Positions 1-8,878 of a stretch of DNA of 46,228 nt are shown piece by piece (position 1 is the stretch's first letter; each line of letters opens with the position of its first letter). The notes under the pieces were generated by a model. It was not told the DNA's origin, did no database searches, and was given only the letters and a program-made list of their open reading frames with translations. Position numbers and translations under genes: made by a program. The stretch lies in the IMG/VR virus record IMGVR_UViG_3300049003_000010, positions 1 to 46,228 of that record. One strand, given 5' to 3'. This DNA comes from a virus (lineage: Duplodnaviria; Caudoviricetes).

Positions 1-35
1 GGGGTTCCGACCCCCAACCCCCCCCCCCCCCCCCC
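1..35. repeat. Terminal GC hairpin and poly(C) tract
   Basis: GGGG-TTCCGA-CCCC, then C5-AA-C18 (18..35); resembles the right-end GGGGG-TCCGT-CCCCC-TACC. Confidence 0.7.
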
Positions 36-40
36 TACGC

Positions 41-373
41 TCAGTTCGTCCAGGACACCTCGCACGTGAACGTCTCGGCCACGTACTCCCACCCTTCCGG
101 ACACGTCCACTTGATCGGCGCGGCCATCTTGGCCTCGTTCCGCTGGATGGCCTCCTTGCTGCATTCCGGGCTCCACAGGTCTTCCGTGCCGCCGTTCTGC
201 CAGCCGTTGTCCTTCAGTGCCTGCCACTGCGACCCGTTCACCTGGCTCGCCTGCATGACGGTGCAGTCACCCGCTTCGGCCTTCGTCTCGTGGTTGAACG
301 CCCAGCTGGTGGTCGCGATGGCGGCGACGAGGATGCCTGCCACAAGTCCACGGCCCTTGTTGGTGAGCTTCAT
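41..373 (-). CDS. Exported or membrane-anchored hypothetical protein
   Basis: ATG at 373 after GAAGGGA RBS; basic plus hydrophobic N-terminus (MKLTNKGRGLVAGILVAAIATTSWA); four Cys in the mature part. Confidence 0.7.
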   Translation of the reverse strand: MKLTNKGRGLVAGILVAAIATTSWAFNHETKAEAGDCTVMQASQVNGSQWQALKDNGWQNGGTEDLWSPECSKEAIQRNEAKMAAPIKWTCPEGWEYVAETFTCEVSWTN

Positions 374-420
374 GATCGTTTCCCTTCGTTGTCCGGTTCT
401 GTACTGACCGGGTATGAGAA

Positions 421-447
421 GGCCTAGGTAGTACGAGTACCTAGGCC
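421..447 (-). terminator. Stem-loop downstream of HTH paralogue 1
   Basis: Perfect 10-bp stem GGCCTAGGTA/TACCTAGGCC with a 7-nt loop. Confidence 0.55.
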
Positions 448-461
448 CTCTCGCTACCGTG

Positions 462-665
462 TCAGGCCATCGAGGTGGCGAAGTGCTTGCTGGCGTACTT
501 GTAGGCCCACTCCGCTGCACCCGACTCCGTACGCTGGTCGGCCTTGATGAAGTCCTTCTTGTAGTAGGTGTACATCATCTGCGGGGGCAGAACCTTCTCG
601 ATGCCGGCGGCCTTCAGCTCGCTGTTGACGATGGTGGCGAAGCGGTAGGCGGTGATGCTGTCCAT
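462..665 (-). CDS. Small HTH-like DNA-binding protein, paralogue 1
   Basis: AAGGAG RBS before ATG 665; TAYRFATIVN...PQMMYTY matches 44887..45171 and 40092..40661. Confidence 0.7.
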   Translation of the reverse strand: MDSITAYRFATIVNSELKAAGIEKVLPPQMMYTYYKKDFIKADQRTESGAAEWAYKYASKHFATSMA

Positions 666-690
666 GACGGTCTCCTTCATTCGAGTTCAT

Positions 691-810
691 GATCCTGTTG
701 ATCATGATCCTCAACCCGATCAACATCTTTCGGATGTTGATCAGATTCAAGATCCGATCTATTCGCACATGCAAGATCCGGATGTTGACTTCATCGTGTA
801 ACAAGATCCG
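691..810. repeat. GATC-dense patch with three CAAGATCCG repeats and a hairpin
   Basis: GATC at 691, 700, 706, 718, 739, 751, 756, 775, 805; CAAGATCCG at 748, 772, 802; 10-bp stem at 718-742. Confidence 0.75.
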
Positions 811-1025
811 CACATCTTGTTCTTGCGCTTACTATAACCTCCGGTGATCTGCTTCTCTGCTGCTGCATCGCGGACTTCTTCTGTAGCGAATCCGAACTTC
901 CGGAATGTACGCACTCCGAACATTCCGCTCTTCTGGTCATGTGCGTATGCGCTAGGGTTCTTGCACACGCTGTTGCGCGTCTGGTTCGCTCCGCTGTAGT
1001 GCTGTGCTGTGCTGTACATGATCAT
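759..1025 (-). CDS. Hypothetical protein with C-terminal Cys cluster
   Basis: First ORF after promoter P1; GGAG RBS; ends CGSC-x9-CMC. Confidence 0.6.
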   Translation of the reverse strand: MIMYSTAQHYSGANQTRNSVCKNPSAYAHDQKSGMFGVRTFRKFGFATEEVRDAAAEKQITGGYSKRKNKMCGSCYTMKSTSGSCMCE

Positions 1026-1165
1026 CTCCGTAGTTGATGTTGATGTGACGAGTTGTGAGATGTGTAGTATGTATGGAGAGAGAATGTTTAGTTATGAATG
1101 TACGATGTTGATGTTGTATGTTAATGATGTTGTATGTTTATGTTTGTTTTTGTTTTTCTTTCATA

Positions 1166-1195
1166 ACTATAGTTTACATCGGATCTTGAAATCAA
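1166..1195 (-). promoter_or_regulatory. Early promoter P1
   Basis: TTGATT-N18-TATAGT on the - strand; same geometry as five other promoters. Confidence 0.65.
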
Positions 1196-1272
1196 TCTAA
1201 CCCCCTGCGTGGGTAGCGCTTTAGGACCATCTGACCTTAGACTTGAGTGAGGGCTCTCCACCATCCCTTACT

Positions 1273-1318
1273 GTGATATCACGACACCGAGTCTTGCCCC
1301 TCACGGTAAGCGTAGAAT
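1273..1318 (+). promoter_or_regulatory. Candidate late promoter
   Basis: TAGAAT -10 at 1313-1318 upstream of the terminase genes; palindrome GTGATATCAC at 1273-1282; no canonical -35. Confidence 0.35.
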
Positions 1319-1358
1319 CAGTAGCAGCCCCGGAAGCACCCCTCTCAAGGAGCCCGCA

Positions 1359-1748
1359 ATGCCAGACGAGTACGAAGACGAGAAGTGGGTCCCGGATGAG
1401 GCTCTAGCGTCCCTCGCCATGGAGACCGACGTCAACCCGGAAGAGACCCACGAGGCTCGGGCCAAGCGGCTTCTGGTTGAGAACGTGGACGTCGCCGCGA
1501 CCAGCTTGATCTGGATCGCGAAGAACGACCCCAACTCCCGGATGCGTGCTGACGCCAGCAAGTACATCATGGAGCGTGTGCTCGGTCGTGCGGGCGACGC
1601 TCCCGCTACCGGTACCCTCGACGACCTGTTCAGCGCTCTCGATCGTATGAACGAGAATGCAGCAGCGATGGCTCAGTCCACCCCGCACTCGGCCCCGCCC
1701 GGCACCACCCCCAACTCCCTCCTCGACGATGACACCGACGAGGGATGA
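1359..1748 (+). CDS. Putative terminase small subunit
   Basis: AAGGAG RBS; ATGA overlap with terL; size and position typical. Confidence 0.6.
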   Translation: MPDEYEDEKWVPDEALASLAMETDVNPEETHEARAKRLLVENVDVAATSLIWIAKNDPNSRMRADASKYIMERVLGRAGDAPATGTLDDLFSALDRMNENAAAMAQSTPHSAPPGTTPNSLLDDDTDEG

Positions 1749-3133
1749 ACAAGTTTGACCTGTTCAAGCTGATTGGCTACCAGCCTCACCACAAGCAGGT
1801 TCTGTACCACCTTAGCGATTCGCGGTTCAAGGTGCCAGTGTGTGGTCGACGGTTTGGCAAGTCGACCATGGCATCCAGGGACGTAGAGCCGCAGCTGTTC
1901 ACACGGACTTCCAAGCGCATCTGGATCATCGGGCCGACCTACGATCTGGCCGAGCGCGAGTTTCGTGTTATATGGGACGACCTGATTGTGGGTCAGAAGC
2001 TTGGGCAGGACAAGCGAGTCAAGAAGTCGTACAACAAGCGCTCCGGTGACATGAGCATCACGATGCCCTGGGGCACCATGATCGAAGCCAAGTCCGCTGA
2101 GCACCCTGAACGCCTGGTTGGTGAAGCGCTCGACTATGCTGTCATGTCCGAGGCAGCCAAGCACAAGGAAGACACATGGGACAGGTTCATTCGGCCTGCC
2201 CTCTCGGACAAGCGTGGGGGAGCCTCTTTCCCAACGACCCCGGAGGGCTACAACTGGCTCTACCAGCTTTGGGCGAGAGGTCAGGACCCGAACTCACCAA
2301 TGTGGGCCAGCTGGCAGTTCCCTTCGTGGGAGAACACTGTCATGTTCCCGGGTGGCCGGCAGGACCCAGAGATCCTCGATCTAGAGCAGGGCATGGTGCC
2401 CGAGGCGTTCGATCAGGAGATCGGCGCACTGTTCAGCTCCTTCGTGGGCAAGATCTTTCCGGAGTGGGATGAAGCTACCCATGTCACCGAAGTACCCTAC
2501 GATCCAAGACTACCGAATTATATTGCCTTTGACTGGGGATACACTAACCCGCTCGCAGCAGTCGAATTCCAAGTGGACTCCTGGGATCGTATTAGGGTAT
2601 GGCGGGTTCATTATAAGGCATTCACTCGCCTAGAAGACCACCTGATGCTTATGGCCGCGAGACCCCAGCCGGAAGGATACAAAATTGACCTGGCGTTCGG
2701 AGATGCGGCTGATCCAGAAGCAGCGGCCACGGTGTCGCGATACCTTGCGCCCTGCATTGCGAATCCCGACGCCAAAACAAACTGGCGACAGGGAATCGAC
2801 CTCATCCGAGGCTTCCTCAAGCTCCGAGAGCACCCCACCCTCAACCTGACCGACGAGTACGGTGCTCCGATCTACGTCCCATCGTTCCTCGTGGACCACT
2901 CCTGTCGAGATTTGATCCATGAAATGAACAACTACAAGGCAAAGGCTTCGACGGGCGGAAGCAACGTGCCCGAGATGGGGCAGAAGATAGCCGACCACGC
3001 CATTGACGCGCTGCGTTATGGGCTCATGCACGTCTTCGTTCTAGGAGTGCAGCACCACCTGAGTGACGTTTATTCTCCAGCCGACTTGGTGACAAGCGGC
3101 GGAGACCCCATCTTTACCTGGAGCGGAGCGTAA
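1745..3133 (+). CDS. terL: Terminase large subunit
   Basis: Walker A CGRRFGKS, Walker B-like YAVMSE, TTPEG coupling motif, nuclease motifs FDWGY and DHAIDALRY. Confidence 0.95.
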   Translation: MNKFDLFKLIGYQPHHKQVLYHLSDSRFKVPVCGRRFGKSTMASRDVEPQLFTRTSKRIWIIGPTYDLAEREFRVIWDDLIVGQKLGQDKRVKKSYNKRSGDMSITMPWGTMIEAKSAEHPERLVGEALDYAVMSEAAKHKEDTWDRFIRPALSDKRGGASFPTTPEGYNWLYQLWARGQDPNSPMWASWQFPSWENTVMFPGGRQDPEILDLEQGMVPEAFDQEIGALFSSFVGKIFPEWDEATHVTEVPYDPRLPNYIAFDWGYTNPLAAVEFQVDSWDRIRVWRVHYKAFTRLEDHLMLMAARPQPEGYKIDLAFGDAADPEAAATVSRYLAPCIANPDAKTNWRQGIDLIRGFLKLREHPTLNLTDEYGAPIYVPSFLVDHSCRDLIHEMNNYKAKASTGGSNVPEMGQKIADHAIDALRYGLMHVFVLGVQHHLSDVYSPADLVTSGGDPIFTWSGA

Positions 3134-4618
3134 ATGAGCGACCAACTGCCCCTGTGGGATGAAGACCCCACCCCCGAGTCTAAGGTCAAGTCTGTTACAC
3201 TGACTGAAGTGCTCGAGCAGAACGACCTGATCGACGTGCAGTCGGACGATAATGCCTATATCGTGGTCGCTCCCAAGCAGCTTGCTGATACGGCTACGGT
3301 CGATATGCGCGAGCTTGGTGCTGGGTCACCGTCGCCATTCACGACTTACCTGCGCTCGGAGTACAACTGGGAGCTGGCAGGAAGGCACGGGCTGCTCAAG
3401 TATGACGAGATGCGGAAGTCTGATGGCACGGTTCGTGGCACGCTTCGGCAGGTCAAGACGCCAATCCTGGGTGCTCGATGGTTTGTCGACGCCGCAAGTG
3501 AGAGCAAGCGGGATCAGAATGCAGCAGATTTTGTCTGGTGGAACCTCCAGGATGCGCTTTCGCTCCCGTTCGGGCAGATAATTCAGGAATGCCTGTTGAT
3601 GCTCGACTTCGGTTACTACATGTTCGAGAAGGTCTGGGCACAGGGCCGCTGGAACAACCGCGACGTGCTCTACTGGAAGAAGCTTGCTCCGCGACACCCG
3701 ATCGACGTTGAGGGTTGGGAGTACGACAAGAATGGCGGCCCGAATAAGGCCTTCATGGCTAACCCAAACCCGTACATTGCAGAAGCTGTGCCGATCAACA
3801 TCGATAAGCTCCTGGTCTTCAGCTTCGATAAGGAGGCTGGGAACCTCGAAGGCTTCAGTGTGCTGCGAAGCGCCTTCTCGCACTACTACTACAAGACGAT
3901 GCTGTACAAGATCGACGCGATTCAGAAGGAGCGCCACGGTATTGGCGTGCCTGTTATTAAGCTGCCGCCGAACTTCTCCGCTGATGACAAGACGCTGGCG
4001 CAGAACATGGGACGTAACCTGCGCACGAACGAGACTGCACACCTGGTGCTCCCGCCCAACTGGGAGGTCTTCTTTGCCGAGCTGCATGGTAACCCTGTCG
4101 ATGCGCTGAAGAGTGCAGAGCACCACGACCTGCAGATCCAGAAGAACATCATGGCGCCCTTCCTCGACAAGCCAGTCAATGCGGATGTGATGGGTACGTT
4201 CCACGCTGCTTGCCGCTTCATTGCGGAGATCATTGCGGATACGTTCAACAAGTACGCGATCCCGCAGCTTATTGGGTACAACTTCGAGCGCGTGGGTACG
4301 CCAAAGCTGCGAGCGACGAACATTGGGTCGAAGACGGACCTGCGTACGTTGTCGTTCGCGCTCCGTAACTTCATCGGTGCTGGTGCTCTCAAGCCCGATG
4401 ACAGGCTCGAAGCGTACATCCGCGACATCGCAGACCTGCCGCCGGTGGACCCCTCGACGACACGTGAGGTGGCTACGCCTCAGGCAGCGAAGCCGCCAGT
4501 GCCGCCGAGTGTGCCGAGAGTCGGTATGCCGCGTCAGGCTGTTGCCAGTAACATGCAGCAGGCCCACACGCCTGGTAACAACGGCCGAGTTGGGAACGAC
4601 CAGTCCGGTGCAGCGTGA
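3134..4618 (+). CDS. Portal protein (Mu gp29/DUF935-like)
   Basis: 494 aa directly after terL; LDFGYYMFEKVW and ERHGIGVP motifs typical of the family. Confidence 0.88.
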   Translation: MSDQLPLWDEDPTPESKVKSVTLTEVLEQNDLIDVQSDDNAYIVVAPKQLADTATVDMRELGAGSPSPFTTYLRSEYNWELAGRHGLLKYDEMRKSDGTVRGTLRQVKTPILGARWFVDAASESKRDQNAADFVWWNLQDALSLPFGQIIQECLLMLDFGYYMFEKVWAQGRWNNRDVLYWKKLAPRHPIDVEGWEYDKNGGPNKAFMANPNPYIAEAVPINIDKLLVFSFDKEAGNLEGFSVLRSAFSHYYYKTMLYKIDAIQKERHGIGVPVIKLPPNFSADDKTLAQNMGRNLRTNETAHLVLPPNWEVFFAELHGNPVDALKSAEHHDLQIQKNIMAPFLDKPVNADVMGTFHAACRFIAEIIADTFNKYAIPQLIGYNFERVGTPKLRATNIGSKTDLRTLSFALRNFIGAGALKPDDRLEAYIRDIADLPPVDPSTTREVATPQAAKPPVPPSVPRVGMPRQAVASNMQQAHTPGNNGRVGNDQSGAA

Positions 4619-5046
4619 TCATCGGGGTGGCCAAGTGGCTAATCGAGCACATCCCGAACAGGCTGCTTGCTGAGCCTGAGCGATTTGCTCTAGCCCTAGG
4701 GCTCACCCTCATAGGCGCCGATGCGGTATTCCTGGGTGCTCCTAGTTCCGTGCTTGGTCAGCTCCCCGATGCTGCCTTAATTAACCTCGAAGTCGGTCTC
4801 TTTCTGTTCGTAGGGGGTATCTGTAAGCTCATAGGGCTCTGGCGCTTGAAGGTCTGGCTGCAGAGACTTGGTGCAGCTTTCCTTATCATGGGCTGTGTTG
4901 GCCTGATCATAGGTATTGTCCTCTATGGAAACAAGGACGATACTCCTGTTGCTTTGGTCTTCGGCCTTCTAGCTGTCACTTACAGCCTTCGACTTCTGGC
5001 TTCGACAGCGGAGCGAATCAAGCTGTATAGGAGGCCGAAACCGTGA
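4615..5046 (+). CDS. Four-TM membrane protein (holin-like)
   Basis: Four hydrophobic segments and a basic C-tail; GTGA overlap with the portal gene. Confidence 0.7.
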   Translation: MIIGVAKWLIEHIPNRLLAEPERFALALGLTLIGADAVFLGAPSSVLGQLPDAALINLEVGLFLFVGGICKLIGLWRLKVWLQRLGAAFLIMGCVGLIIGIVLYGNKDDTPVALVFGLLAVTYSLRLLASTAERIKLYRRPKP

Positions 5047-5642
5047 TAGAGCTCATTCGCTCTATAATGGAAACGCTCTTTATTCCGATAGCTGTTGCGC
5101 TCGTAATCTGGGCAGTAACACAGCGTAGGCGTGACAAGGCTGAGATCAAGAAGACCCTAGCAGATGCAGGTAAGTCCGCAGTCGAAGGAAAGGTCGCGGA
5201 AGAGACTGTCGAAGCTGCCGTTCAGCTGGCAGACATTACGACGCTCAAGGAAGGCATTGCCGCTATGGCAGCAGCCTACCGCGAAGAGCGTGAGTCCCTC
5301 ACACGCGAACTGGACAGAGCTACGAGGACGGCTGAAACTTGCCTGACAAAGCATGCCGAGTTGCAGCGTGAGGTAGAGGACATGCGTGCTGACATGCAGC
5401 GGTACCACAGGGAAGTACTCGACATGTATCGGCGTGATCTGTATCACGCCCATGCTCTGCGTGTGCTAACTGACTGGATCAACGATTACCTGCTAGAGGT
5501 GCTGCACAACTACCCTGACATCCCCAAGCCTCCGATTGTCGATCCGTTGCCTCCGCTACACATCAATCCAGACGAGGATGTGCCAGCACGTAGGTGGTAC
5601 GACTCAGAGCCTTCAGTCGACCCTCGAGCACAGGAGCTGTAG
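5043..5642 (+). CDS. Membrane-anchored coiled-coil protein
   Basis: N-terminal TM (LFIPIAVALVIWAV) followed by RRR, then a long heptad region. Confidence 0.7.
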   Translation: MIELIRSIMETLFIPIAVALVIWAVTQRRRDKAEIKKTLADAGKSAVEGKVAEETVEAAVQLADITTLKEGIAAMAAAYREERESLTRELDRATRTAETCLTKHAELQREVEDMRADMQRYHREVLDMYRRDLYHAHALRVLTDWINDYLLEVLHNYPDIPKPPIVDPLPPLHINPDEDVPARRWYDSEPSVDPRAQEL

Positions 5643-5721
5643 GATGTGATACTCTGATATACACTAGCGTTTCCCCCTAGGGCATTTATCCTGTAATATC
5701 ATAGCAACGAAGGAGGTTCAT

Positions 5722-6906
5722 GTGACGATTCGCGCCGGCTATCTGGTCGACCTTCGTACTATCAAGTTCGACGACGGCGATGATGAAGTCCGTTGGATCC
5801 AGGCGATGCCGCTCGGGAAGTACGATCACCCGGTGCATGGCACAATCGAGATCACTCCTGAGCGGGTTCAGCAGTTCGCTGCGAACGTCAACAACCGCAT
5901 TCGTGAGACTGATCTCGACATCGACTACGACCACAAGGCTGCCGGCGGCGATGCTGCTGGTTGGGTCCAGACCGCAGAGCCCCGACCCGACGGGCTCTGG
6001 CTCGCGATCAAGTGGACCAAGACCGCGTTCCAGAAGCTCAAGGAAGGGGCGTACAGATACTTCAGTCCTGAATTCGTCGACGAGTGGAAACATCCGAAGA
6101 CGGGTGTCGTGCACAAGGATGTCCTGTTTGGCGGTGGCATTACTAACCGTCCGTTCCTGAAGGACATCCTGCCCATCAACATGACCGAGATCATCAACCA
6201 CGCCTCAGGAGGCACATCGATGGACCCGACCGAGGCCCTCAAGGAGATCACCAAGCTCCTGGGGCTTCCCGATGGCACGGATGCCGGGGTCGTCCTCGGC
6301 CACATCCAGGCCAAGGTGGACCCGAAGAACAACCCCGACGCCAACGATCCCAGCAACCCGGATGCTGGTGGCGGTCAGCAGCCGCCTGCTGGTGGCGGTA
6401 ACCCTCAGCAGCACGACGACAAGGGCGCCGACAAGACCAACCCACCGGTTCAGCTCGACGAGAAGGTGCTCATGGAGCTCCCGTTCGTCAAGACGCTGAT
6501 GGAGACCGTCACGTCCCAGGGCAAGAAGCTGGACGAGGCCTCTGTCAAGGAAGAGGTCGTCAAGCTCACTGACCTCGCCGCGAGCAAGCAGCTGGCGATT
6601 CCGCCTGTCGTCAAGGAGGGTCTGGAGAAGCAGCTGTCCGAGCTTCCCCCGACTTCTCGTCCTGCCCTCATCAAGCTGTTCGAGACCATGATCGAGAGTG
6701 GTCAGGTCGGCGTCAAGCTCGGCGAGGATGGTCACGCCGGTCACGAAGAGGGCTCCGGTACGGCGACGAAGAAGTTCAACGACGCCATCGACAAGAAGAT
6801 GAGCGCCGAGAAGAGCATGAGCTTCATGGATGCTGCTCTCGCGGTCGCCAACGACGACCCGCAGCTCTACACCAGCTACCAGCGCGAGCTGGCTGGCGCG
6901 AACTGA
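5722..6906 (+). CDS. Mu-like prohead protease/scaffold (I protein)
   Basis: IDYDH, AAGWV, YRYFSPEF and ITNRPFL motifs; AGGAGG RBS; internal RBS and ATG (MDPTEAL) could give a separate scaffold. Confidence 0.88.
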   Translation: MTIRAGYLVDLRTIKFDDGDDEVRWIQAMPLGKYDHPVHGTIEITPERVQQFAANVNNRIRETDLDIDYDHKAAGGDAAGWVQTAEPRPDGLWLAIKWTKTAFQKLKEGAYRYFSPEFVDEWKHPKTGVVHKDVLFGGGITNRPFLKDILPINMTEIINHASGGTSMDPTEALKEITKLLGLPDGTDAGVVLGHIQAKVDPKNNPDANDPSNPDAGGGQQPPAGGGNPQQHDDKGADKTNPPVQLDEKVLMELPFVKTLMETVTSQGKKLDEASVKEEVVKLTDLAASKQLAIPPVVKEGLEKQLSELPPTSRPALIKLFETMIESGQVGVKLGEDGHAGHEEGSGTATKKFNDAIDKKMSAEKSMSFMDAALAVANDDPQLYTSYQRELAGAN

Positions 6907-6927
6907 TCGAGGGGAGGTAACAGACTA

Positions 6928-7335
6928 ATGGGTCCCAACCATGTCCTCGACAAGGGCTTCCGTACTACGGGCGCAGTTGCCTACGCGTTCGGTGAGGTCG
7001 TCACGCTTTCTACTGACGGCACTACCATCGCGCGTGACACCACACCTGGTTCGCTGGGTGCTAAGGCGATCGTCCAGGAGTCCATCGACGCCGCTAAGGT
7101 GACTACGGGCAACGCGATCATCAACTGCCGCGTCCTTGGCATCTCTCGTGTCATCGCGGGTGCTGCCATTCCGCTCGGTTCGCGTGTCACCAACGACGCG
7201 AACGCTCGCGCTGTTGCGGTTACTCGCGCAATCGCTGGTGCTCAGCCAGCAGCTGTCTTCGGGCAGGCTCTCACGGCCGCGGTGAACGCGGGCGACCAGA
7301 TCGATGTCCTGCTCACGCCGGGCGCGACTTACTAA
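6928..7335 (+). CDS. Capsid cement/decoration protein (DUF2190-like)
   Basis: 135 aa, Ala/Gly-rich, GQALTAAVNAGDQIDVLL; lies between protease and major capsid genes. Confidence 0.75.
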   Translation: MGPNHVLDKGFRTTGAVAYAFGEVVTLSTDGTTIARDTTPGSLGAKAIVQESIDAAKVTTGNAIINCRVLGISRVIAGAAIPLGSRVTNDANARAVAVTRAIAGAQPAAVFGQALTAAVNAGDQIDVLLTPGATY

Positions 7336-7352
7336 GGAAGGAGGTGCTCTAA

Positions 7353-8348
7353 ATGGTCTGGAGTCCTAACGGATCCGGTAACGTTCGCGTTGACGAGATC
7401 CTGACGAACATCAGCCTTGGCTTCGAGAACCAGGACATGGTCGGGGAACGCCTGTTCCCTGCCCTGAACGTGGCGAAGCAGTCGGCCAAGTACTACATCT
7501 TCGGTCGAGAGTCCTGGCTGCCCGAGCAGGACCTCCGCGCGCCCGGTACGGTCGCGAACGAGATCCCTGGTATGAACCTCAGCACGGCTCCGTACTACGC
7601 TGAGGAGCGCGCGCTTCAGATTCCGGTCACGGATGAAGAGCGTGAGCTCACGACCAACCAGCTGTCCCCCGAAGCCGATGCAACGAACCTCGTGACTGGC
7701 AAGATCCTCATGGGTCGCGAGAAGCGTATGTTCGACTTCGTCGCCAACAGCGCCAACTACAACGCTAGCAACGTTGTGACGCTGTCTGGTACTTCGCAGT
7801 GGAACGACTTCACCAACTCTGACCCGATCGCCGTGGTCCGAGCTGGGTTCCGTCGTGTCAACAGCCAGCTGTTCCTGGATCCGAACACGATGGTCCTCCC
7901 GTACGAGGTGTACTCCATCCTCCAGGACCACCCGAAGCTCCAGCAGCGCATCATGTACGCGCAGAAGGCCATCCTCACGGTCGACCTGATCGCCGAGCTC
8001 TTCGGTGTTCAGAACGTGATCGTCCCAGGTGTTGGCATCGGCTCCGGTAACCCCGGCCAGACGATGACCGTTTCTTACCTCTGGGGCAAGAACGTTCTTC
8101 TCGCGTACGTTCCTCCGCGTCCGGGTCTTCGTGTTCCGGCGTTCGGCTACGAGTTCGTCTGGGCTTACCCGGGCGGGCGAGGTGGCAACAGCGGTGGTGG
8201 CCGAGCGATGGTTACCGACAGGTGGCGTGAGGAGCCGCGGAAGAGCGATCTCATCCGTGTCTCACGGCGTTACGACCTCCGAGGTGTCGGTACCGATTCG
8301 ACGGGGCTGCTCATCTCCGGGTACCTGATCAAGAATGCGGTGGCGTGA
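7353..8348 (+). CDS. Major capsid protein
   Basis: 331 aa; LTNISLG start, WNDFTNSDPI and PAFGYEF motifs of the capsid E-like family. Confidence 0.9.
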   Translation: MVWSPNGSGNVRVDEILTNISLGFENQDMVGERLFPALNVAKQSAKYYIFGRESWLPEQDLRAPGTVANEIPGMNLSTAPYYAEERALQIPVTDEERELTTNQLSPEADATNLVTGKILMGREKRMFDFVANSANYNASNVVTLSGTSQWNDFTNSDPIAVVRAGFRRVNSQLFLDPNTMVLPYEVYSILQDHPKLQQRIMYAQKAILTVDLIAELFGVQNVIVPGVGIGSGNPGQTMTVSYLWGKNVLLAYVPPRPGLRVPAFGYEFVWAYPGGRGGNSGGGRAMVTDRWREEPRKSDLIRVSRRYDLRGVGTDSTGLLISGYLIKNAVA

Positions 8349-8872
8349 TGACCTTCTACGTCTTCGGAACTCTCCAGCACAACGAGAAGACGTTCGGGCA
8401 CGGTGAAGAGATCACCGCTTCCGACGTCGACGGCAAGGAGAACCTCCAGGTTCTTCTCGACACGGGAGCGGTCGTCAAGACCGATCCCATTCCGAAGGGA
8501 GAGTTCGTCCTGCCTCCGGGTGAGACGATCAACTCCCTGGGCGTCGATCCTCGCCCAGGTCCTGGTGGCGTCACGATGGCCACCACTCCCTCGACTCCGA
8601 CCAACGTGCCTGCCGACATCCGGTCGGGCATGATCGGAGCTCCTGGGGGTGAGACTAAGAGCACTGGTGCGCCTGACCTGCAGAAGAGTCAGGCGAAGCT
8701 CAACCAGGCCCTCGAGGTCGACCTGGAGAAGACCCAGGAGAACCCGCTGGGTGGTCAGGCTGCCAAGGCTGCTGCCGAGTCGGCTGAGGCAAGCGCTGCT
8801 CCGACTGGTGTCGCTACCAGTAAGGATCAGGGCGAGTCGGGCAAGTCTAGCAACCCCAGCGTCAAGAAGTAG
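8345..8872 (+). CDS. Head-associated hypothetical protein
   Basis: Coupled to the capsid gene; small N-domain plus low-complexity tail. Confidence 0.6.
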   Translation: MMTFYVFGTLQHNEKTFGHGEEITASDVDGKENLQVLLDTGAVVKTDPIPKGEFVLPPGETINSLGVDPRPGPGGVTMATTPSTPTNVPADIRSGMIGAPGGETKSTGAPDLQKSQAKLNQALEVDLEKTQENPLGGQAAKAAAESAEASAAPTGVATSKDQGESGKSSNPSVKK

Positions 8873-8878
8873 GACAGC

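Noticed and set aside
2131-2160. TerL Walker B reads MSE rather than DE
   Set aside because: The catalytic Glu is retained, and such variation is seen in terminases.
3326-4567. Long antisense ORFs (also 8270..9334 and 39801..40643)
   Set aside because: Shadow frames of high-GC coding genes with no recognisable motifs.
5645-5705. Similarity to the region upstream of the terminase genes (TGTGATA...CCCCT...TAGCA) as a shared late promoter
   Set aside because: Spacing to candidate -10 boxes is inconsistent; too weak without TSS data.
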